From the NCBI GenBank assembly GCA_013334575.1, contig JAAXXG010000001.1, positions 41,280 through 105,279 of the forward strand: a stretch of 64,000 nt of DNA, read 5' to 3'. Position numbers and translations under genes: made by a program. Below the pieces are notes generated by a model. That model was not told the origin of the DNA, made no database searches, and was given only the letters and a program-made list of their open reading frames with translations. Each line of letters opens with the position of its first letter. Position 1 is the stretch's first letter. Origin of the DNA: Candidatus Moraniibacteriota bacterium (GTDB lineage Bacteria; Patescibacteriota; Minisyncoccia; Moranbacterales; UBA1568). Of this stretch, positions 58,451 through 64,000 are shown piece after piece.

Positions 58451-61400
58451 CTAGGCGTCCCAGTGTTTCCGCTCGAAGACATGGTATACGAGCGGGAAGA
58501 TGACCAGCGTCAGGAAGGTCGATGCGGAGAGTCCGAAGATGATCGCCCAGGCGAGCCCTTCCCAGACCGGATCAGTGATGATCGTGAGAGAGCCCAGGAT
58601 CGCCGTCAGCGAGGTGAGCGTGATCGGGAGCAATCTGACCCGTCCCGTCTCCACGAGCGCCTCCTTGAGGGGTTTTCCGGCCTTTCGAAGGGGTTCCAGG
58701 TATTCGAGGAAGATGACCGAGTTCTTGACCGAGAGGCCGGCGAGCGAGATGACGCCGATCATCGAGGTCGCGTTGAAGTAGGTCCCCTTGATCGCATGAA
58801 GGAGCGCGAATCCCGGGAACACCCCGATGAGTCCGAGCGGGATGGATACCATGATGAGCAGCGGGACGAAGAGAGATTCCGTTTTCGCGGCGAGCACGAA
58901 GTAGATAAGGAAGATGGCGACACCCATCGCGATGCCCAGGTCGCGGAAAACCTCGAGCGTCAGCTTCCATTCGCCGCCTAGTTCGACCGCATAGCGCTTT
59001 CCGGTCGTCTGATCCTCGTATTCGGCACCGAGCAGGGACCAGGAGACAAGCTTCCCGTTTCCGTCCGGCAGCCGGTATGAGAGCAGTTTCGGGAACAGGT
59101 CGATCACCGCGTAGACTACGCTCCGCCCTTCCATCTCGGCCGAGACCGCCACGGTCGGCTGCCGGTTGTCCGAAAGAATCGGGAGATCCGTCGCACGGTC
59201 CGTCTTTTCGAGCAGTTCGGTGAGCGGAACCTGCGTTCCGGTCGTACGTGAGGGGATGGAGATTCCGGAGAGATCGTTCTCCTCGTCACGCGATTCGCGG
59301 GCAAGGCGCAGGAAGACGTATTCCTGTTCCGACTGCCGGACACCCGGAGCCAGCGACTCGTGGTACAGTCCGACCTGAGCTCCGGAAAGCGCGATATGCA
59401 GCGTCGCGGCGATATCCGATGGCGAGACGCCGAGCAGACCGGCCTTCTCGGTACGGATGCGATAGGAATAGCCGAGGACGCGTTCCGGTGTCGAGCGGTC
59501 GATATCCGTCGTTCCGGAGATATTCCTGACCTCATCCTCGATGTCGCGCGCCATATCCTCACGGACACGTTCATCGTCACCCTTCACCTTGAGGTAGAAA
59601 GTCGCCATGACCGGCGGTCCCGGCGGATCCTCCATGATACGCACGGACATATCCGGATGTTCCTGCGAGAGCCGTTCGGCGCGTTTCCGGAAGTCGGACG
59701 CGATCTCCTCGGACATGCGGTCGCGGTCTTCCGATTCGGAGAGATTCACCCGCAGGGTCGCCTGGTTACCCGATACGCGCGTCGCGCTTCCCTTGAAGAG
59801 CCCGTTGAAATCGCTCACCGGAGCCTCGCCGACGAAGCTCTCCACGCTTTCGACTTCCGAGATATCGAGTGCCACGCTCTCGGTCTCCCGCGCGATATCG
59901 CGGGTCACGTCGACGGAAGTCGACGTCGGCATATCGAGATAGACGTAGAACTGCTGGCGATCCGCCTTCGGAAGCATGCGGAACGGGACGGCGGGCGAGA
60001 AGGGGAGGATGACGGAAACCGCGAAGATCGCCGCGGTACCGAGGATCGTGCCGAGCCGGCGCTTCCGCGTGGCCAGGAGCGACGAGAGGAGCTTCCCGTA
60101 GCGTCGGTCGAGCCGCTCGAACTGACGCAGGAAGAATCCTTCGTGCGCATGGTCCTTGCCGGTATCCTTCGGCGTGAAGACGAGCGCGAGAAAAGGATTC
60201 ACCGTCACGGAAAAGAGGAGGGACGCGAAGAGCGATGCCGGCACGAAGAAGGGGATGGGAGCCATGTAGGGCCCCATCATACCGGTGACGAACGCCATCG
60301 GGATGAAGGAGATGGCCATGGTCAGCGTCGAAAGCGCCAGGGCGCCGCCGACCTCGTCGACCGCCTTCACGATGAGGCGGATGCGGTTCTCCCCGGGATA
60401 GAGGCGGAAATATCGTGCGACGTTCTCGATGACGACGATCGCGTCGTCGACAAGGAGTCCGAGCGCCAGGATGAGCGCGAAGAGGGTGATGCGGTTCACC
60501 GTCTGACCGGCGAAGAGTCCCATGCCGAATACCGCCAGAAGCACGAGCGGGATCGAGACCGCCGCGACCATCGCGTTCCGGAAACCGAGGAACATCATGA
60601 GCAGTACGGCGACCACGATGACCGATTTCGTAAGGTCGAAGGTGAGCTTGCCGATTTCCTCGCCTGCGATGGCCCCCTCGTCGCGCAGCACGTGTGCGGA
60701 GACGTCGGACGGGATCGTCGTTCCCTTGAGCGACTCGAGGCGGGAGAGGACCCCTTCGGAAACGGTCGTCGCGTTCGTTCCGCGCAGTTTGGAGAGGGCG
60801 ATATGCACGACCGGAGAATCGGATCCCTCGTGTTCCGACAGGTCGACGGAGTCGGTGATCTCGCCGGGTCCGTACGAGATGTCGGCGATATCGGAAAGCC
60901 GCGTCACGGCCGATCCCTCCTGCCGTATGACGAGATTGCCGAGGTCCTCGGTACCCCGGAGATTCCCAGATACGGTAAGAGACGGCGTCCGATCCTCACC
61001 GTCGACGGGCTCGACGAGTCCGATGCCGTTCGACCCGCCGATTATGCCGGCGATCTCGCCGAGGGATATGCCACGGGCGGAAAGTTCGGAAGCGCGCGGC
61101 TCGACCAGAAGCCGATTGACGCGCCCACCGATCACTTCGACGCGCGATACGCCGTCCTCACGCTTCAGTTCGTCCGCGACATCGGCGGCGAGCCGGCGGA
61201 GCGAGGTCTCGGAGAGGGTTTCCGAGGTGAGGCCGATATCGATGATCGGTACGTCGTCCGGATCGACCGACTGTACGATCGGATCCATGGCGCCGGCAGG
61301 CTTCTGTGTAATATGGTCCCGGAGCTTCTGATTGAGAGCGATCTTCGCCTCTTCGCGGTCGTATCCGACGAGAAATTTGACCATGACCATACTCCGCCCG

Positions 61401-61732
61401 CCCGGATGACTTTCGGACGAGATCTCGTCGATTCCCGGCAACTCGGAGACGCGGTCTTCCATCGGTCGCGTGATGAGCTCGTACACCTCGGAAGCGGACG
61501 CGTTCGGAAAATCCGTCACGATCACGAACGCGGGAGCGACGATGTCGGGATTGTACTGTTTCGGTGTCAGGATGAAAGAAAGCGTGCCCCAGGCCGCGAC
61601 TACGATGATCGTCAGGATGGAAAGTTCCCGCTTTCCGAGAAAGAGCGCGGTGATCCTTCCCGCAAGACCGAGGCGCTCGCGCCCGCTCGGGGCTTCTTCA
61701 CGACCGGAAACCGGAGATGTCGGTTCGTTCAT
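58451..61732 (-). CDS. RND efflux transporter permease (AcrB/CusA family)
   Basis: 1093 aa with duplicated TM architecture; N.ITLFALIL.LGLLVDDAIVVIEN, RLLPITLTS. Confidence 0.95.
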   Translation of the reverse strand: MNEPTSPVSGREEAPSGRERLGLAGRITALFLGKRELSILTIIVVAAWGTLSFILTPKQYNPDIVAPAFVIVTDFPNASASEVYELITRPMEDRVSELPGIDEISSESHPGGRSMVMVKFLVGYDREEAKIALNQKLRDHITQKPAGAMDPIVQSVDPDDVPIIDIGLTSETLSETSLRRLAADVADELKREDGVSRVEVIGGRVNRLLVEPRASELSARGISLGEIAGIIGGSNGIGLVEPVDGEDRTPSLTVSGNLRGTEDLGNLVIRQEGSAVTRLSDIADISYGPGEITDSVDLSEHEGSDSPVVHIALSKLRGTNATTVSEGVLSRLESLKGTTIPSDVSAHVLRDEGAIAGEEIGKLTFDLTKSVIVVAVLLMMFLGFRNAMVAAVSIPLVLLAVFGMGLFAGQTVNRITLFALILALGLLVDDAIVVIENVARYFRLYPGENRIRLIVKAVDEVGGALALSTLTMAISFIPMAFVTGMMGPYMAPIPFFVPASLFASLLFSVTVNPFLALVFTPKDTGKDHAHEGFFLRQFERLDRRYGKLLSSLLATRKRRLGTILGTAAIFAVSVILPFSPAVPFRMLPKADRQQFYVYLDMPTSTSVDVTRDIARETESVALDISEVESVESFVGEAPVSDFNGLFKGSATRVSGNQATLRVNLSESEDRDRMSEEIASDFRKRAERLSQEHPDMSVRIMEDPPGPPVMATFYLKVKGDDERVREDMARDIEDEVRNISGTTDIDRSTPERVLGYSYRIRTEKAGLLGVSPSDIAATLHIALSGAQVGLYHESLAPGVRQSEQEYVFLRLARESRDEENDLSGISIPSRTTGTQVPLTELLEKTDRATDLPILSDNRQPTVAVSAEMEGRSVVYAVIDLFPKLLSYRLPDGNGKLVSWSLLGAEYEDQTTGKRYAVELGGEWKLTLEVFRDLGIAMGVAIFLIYFVLAAKTESLFVPLLIMVSIPLGLIGVFPGFALLHAIKGTYFNATSMIGVISLAGLSVKNSVIFLEYLEPLRKAGKPLKEALVETGRVRLLPITLTSLTAILGSLTIITDPVWEGLAWAIIFGLSASTFLTLVIFPLVYHVFERKHWDA

Positions 61733-61756
61733 AAGGTTCGTTCTGGAGAGGAAGGA

Positions 61757-62908
61757 TCAACGGGAGACGATCACGCGATCTCCATCGCGCAAGGCGTAGG
61801 CACCCTCGACGACCACCTCCGTTCCGGCATCGATACCGGAGCGGATCTCGCGTCGGTCGGCGACCGATTCGCCGAGAACGACCTTCCGGAAGGAAACCGT
61901 ATCGTTTTCGACGGCCGCGACGAAGGTGTCGTCGTACAGGTGAATGATCGCCGTTTCCGGAACGGATACCGTTTCCCGTGCCGTTCCGGAGGGAAGTGTC
62001 ACCGTCACGAACCGACCCGGAAGAAGAGAACCTCCGACATCGGCCGGAATTCCGACACGGATGATCGTCGACTGCGACGAGATGCCGACCGCCCGGGCGA
62101 TCGAGATGACCGAGCCGGAAACCGGATCGGAGCCGGTCTCCGAACGGACCGACACGGTATCTCCCTTCGCTATCGCGGTCGCGACATCACCCGGTACGGA
62201 CAGACGCGTTTCGAGCGATTCGGTCGAGGCGACCGTAAACAGCGGCATGCCGGGGCCGACGAAGGTGCCAAGCGAGACGAAGCGGTTCGTCACGACGCCG
62301 GAAAACGGCGCGGTGATAGTCGCGTCCGAGACCGCCGCTCCGGCGACCAGGCTTCCGCCGTATGCCGCCCCCACTTCCGCCTTGGCGGCGGCATGCTGCG
62401 CGTCGCGCATGCGTTTCGCGCTCGTGACCGCCTCCTTCGCGATCGAAAGGTCGCGGGACGAAAGGTCTCCGTTCTCATAGGCGTCTTCCGCCTTATGAAG
62501 TGACGCCTCGGCCTCGTCGACCTTCTGGTCATAGAAATCGTCGGATGCGGAAAGGGCGTTTTTCGCCGCATCGAGAGAGATTCCGGCGCTCTCGAGCATC
62601 GCGCGCTGATCGCTGCCGTCGAGAATGGCGAGCGTCTCGCCGGCGCGCACGGTGTCACCTTCCTCCTTGAGAAGCTTCACGACGTATCCGCCGACCTTGG
62701 GAGCGACGTCCGCCTGACGAGCACCGGTCACGAATCCGGAAACGTCGCGTGACGGCCGGAACGGGGCAGGGGAGAGCGTCTCGGTACTGACCTGTTTCGA
62801 TGCCACGACGGGAACCGGTTCGGCCTCCGTTTTTCGGAGGGTCAGGTATCCGACGGCGATCGCAGCGGCTGGGATAACGAAAAAGAGAGCGGAACACATC
62901 CGTTTCAT
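61757..62908 (-). CDS. RND membrane fusion (adaptor) protein
   Basis: N-terminal TM, lipoyl halves (EGD.V..G; I.APFSGVV), coiled hairpin, LLPG.F, VPE.AI. Confidence 0.92.
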   Translation of the reverse strand: MKRMCSALFFVIPAAAIAVGYLTLRKTEAEPVPVVASKQVSTETLSPAPFRPSRDVSGFVTGARQADVAPKVGGYVVKLLKEEGDTVRAGETLAILDGSDQRAMLESAGISLDAAKNALSASDDFYDQKVDEAEASLHKAEDAYENGDLSSRDLSIAKEAVTSAKRMRDAQHAAAKAEVGAAYGGSLVAGAAVSDATITAPFSGVVTNRFVSLGTFVGPGMPLFTVASTESLETRLSVPGDVATAIAKGDTVSVRSETGSDPVSGSVISIARAVGISSQSTIIRVGIPADVGGSLLPGRFVTVTLPSGTARETVSVPETAIIHLYDDTFVAAVENDTVSFRKVVLGESVADRREIRSGIDAGTEVVVEGAYALRDGDRVIVSR

Positions 62909-62927
62909 AGGATTCCGGTTTACGGGT

Positions 62928-63209
62928 TTACTTGCTTTGCGCGGTCTTCACGATCCGGACGAGCTCGTCGCGGAGCGCGTCGGCATTCCTGACACCGTCG
63001 AGCTCGCGGGCGATGTGCCGGTCGAGCATGAGGAGATTCGCCGACTTGAGGAGTCCGATGACCGAAAGCACCTGCTGGATCACCGGGAAGCATTCCCGCT
63101 CCTCGCCGACCATCGTCTCGATCTTGCCGAGACTCGTCCGTGCCTTCCGAAGGGCGATGAGAATCTTCTCCTTTTCGCCGGAAGGACGGAGTGACTGCTT
63201 CGTTTCCAT
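62928..63209 (-). CDS. CsoR/RcnR/FrmR family transcriptional repressor
   Basis: L.KA...L..I..MV.E..EC..V.QQ...V.G.L ... H motif. Confidence 0.85.
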   Translation of the reverse strand: METKQSLRPSGEKEKILIALRKARTSLGKIETMVGEERECFPVIQQVLSVIGLLKSANLLMLDRHIARELDGVRNADALRDELVRIVKTAQSK

Positions 63210-63236
63210 GGTACGCCTGTCAACGGATTATATATC

Positions 63237-63257
63237 TATACCTATGGTACAGGTATA
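63237..63257. promoter_or_regulatory. Palindromic operator of the CsoR-family repressor
   Basis: TATACCT-7 nt-AGGTATA perfect inverted repeat, just downstream of minus-strand TTGACA (63272-63267). Confidence 0.65.
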
Positions 63258-63319
63258 TATCGGAACTGTCAAGAAAACGGAATAGTCTGAAATATTCCCT
63301 GAATAAGCCTATTTCTTAC

Positions 63320-64000
63320 CTATTCCGACAATCCGAGTGCCGAAAGGAACGTCCGGAGTTCCTCGCCACGGAGGGCCCGATACGATCCGCGGGGGATCGA
63401 TCCGAGGCGGATATCCATGATACGGACGCGCCGAAGCGCGATGACGGTGCCACCGACGGCCGCCAGCATACGGCGGACCTGATGTTTCCGTCCTTCGGTG
63501 ATCGTAAGCGAAAGCGTGCGCGGGCCGGTCTTCCGCGCTTTCGCGGGCCGGGCGGGGCCGTCCTCGAGCGAGACGCCGCTTTCGAGAGCGGTGATCATAT
63601 CCGTACGGATTGGCTCACGGATCGTCACCTCGTATTCCTTCTCGTGCCGGAAACGCGGCGAGAGGAGACGCTCGGTGATGCGCCCGTCGTCGGTGAGGAT
63701 GATGAGTCCCTCCGACTCCTTGTCGAGTCGGCCGACCGGAAAGACTCCGGAGACCGGAACGATGTCCGCGATCGACTTCGCGGAATGACCTTTCTCGGGA
63801 TTCGTCAGGACACCGCGGGGCTTGTTGTAGGCGAGGTAGCGGAACGCCTTCCTTCGGATCTCGTTTCGGACGATGACCTTGTCGCCTTCATTCACGCGGT
63901 CGGCCAGTGCAGCGACACGGCCGTTTATAGTGATCAATCCCTTTACGATGAGATCGTCGGCGCCCCGGCGCGTCGAAACGCCCGTCAGTGCAAGATAGCG
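63320..64000 (-). CDS. rRNA pseudouridine synthase (RluB/RluF/RsuA family), 5' partial
   Basis: S4 domain (TRR.AD.LI..G.I.ING), NKPRG, GRLDKESEGL, EKEY.V, EGRKHQVRRM. Confidence 0.93.
   Translation of the reverse strand, partial: RYLALTGVSTRRGADDLIVKGLITINGRVAALADRVNEGDKVIVRNEIRRKAFRYLAYNKPRGVLTNPEKGHSAKSIADIVPVSGVFPVGRLDKESEGLIILTDDGRITERLLSPRFRHEKEYEVTIREPIRTDMITALESGVSLEDGPARPAKARKTGPRTLSLTITEGRKHQVRRMLAAVGGTVIALRRVRIMDIRLGSIPRGSYRALRGEELRTFLSALGLSE

Noticed and set aside
59360-62503. 1047-aa plus-strand ORF
   Set aside because: Antisense shadow of the RND permease and adaptor genes
1-64000. CRISPR array, transposase, or alternative genetic code
   Set aside because: No regularly spaced repeats or transposase motifs seen; TGA, TAG and TAA all terminate well-conserved genes at the expected lengths

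Overview
Chromosomal window (high GC, standard genetic code) from what is most likely a Patescibacteria/CPR bacterium, probably Parcubacteria such as Ca. Moranbacteria. This is inferred from gene content and style: fused ADP-forming acetate-CoA ligase, DUF4012, compact housekeeping genes mostly lacking Shine-Dalgarno (SD) motifs, and no LPS/BAM/TolC genes in the window. Housekeeping genes are serS, frr, rseP, trmD-ftsW-murG-murC-murB, hpf, secA, queA, glmU-N, glmM, a pseudouridine synthase, tRNA-Val and tRNA-Lys. The surface and glycan genes are a GT4/deacetylase/two GT-C/glycoside hydrolase cluster followed by a TasA-like x4 + SipW operon, a 1376-aa adhesin with an internal LPETG, and Wzz/Wzy-like genes. 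Most unusual observations: (1) a lipoprotein plus a LysM protein ending in a predicted ~12-stranded outer-membrane-type beta-barrel, in a presumed monoderm; (2) three tandem small-RNA-like units at 50.7-51.2 kb, each with a -10 box and terminator, two of them carrying anti-SD/anti-AUG sequence; (3) a tRNA-Lys flanked on both sides by homologous ~105-nt fold-back elements joined at the T-arm; (4) a Bacillus-style TasA/SipW fibre operon with an attenuator-like leader next to a glycan cluster. All annotations are by eye from motifs; no database searches were run.
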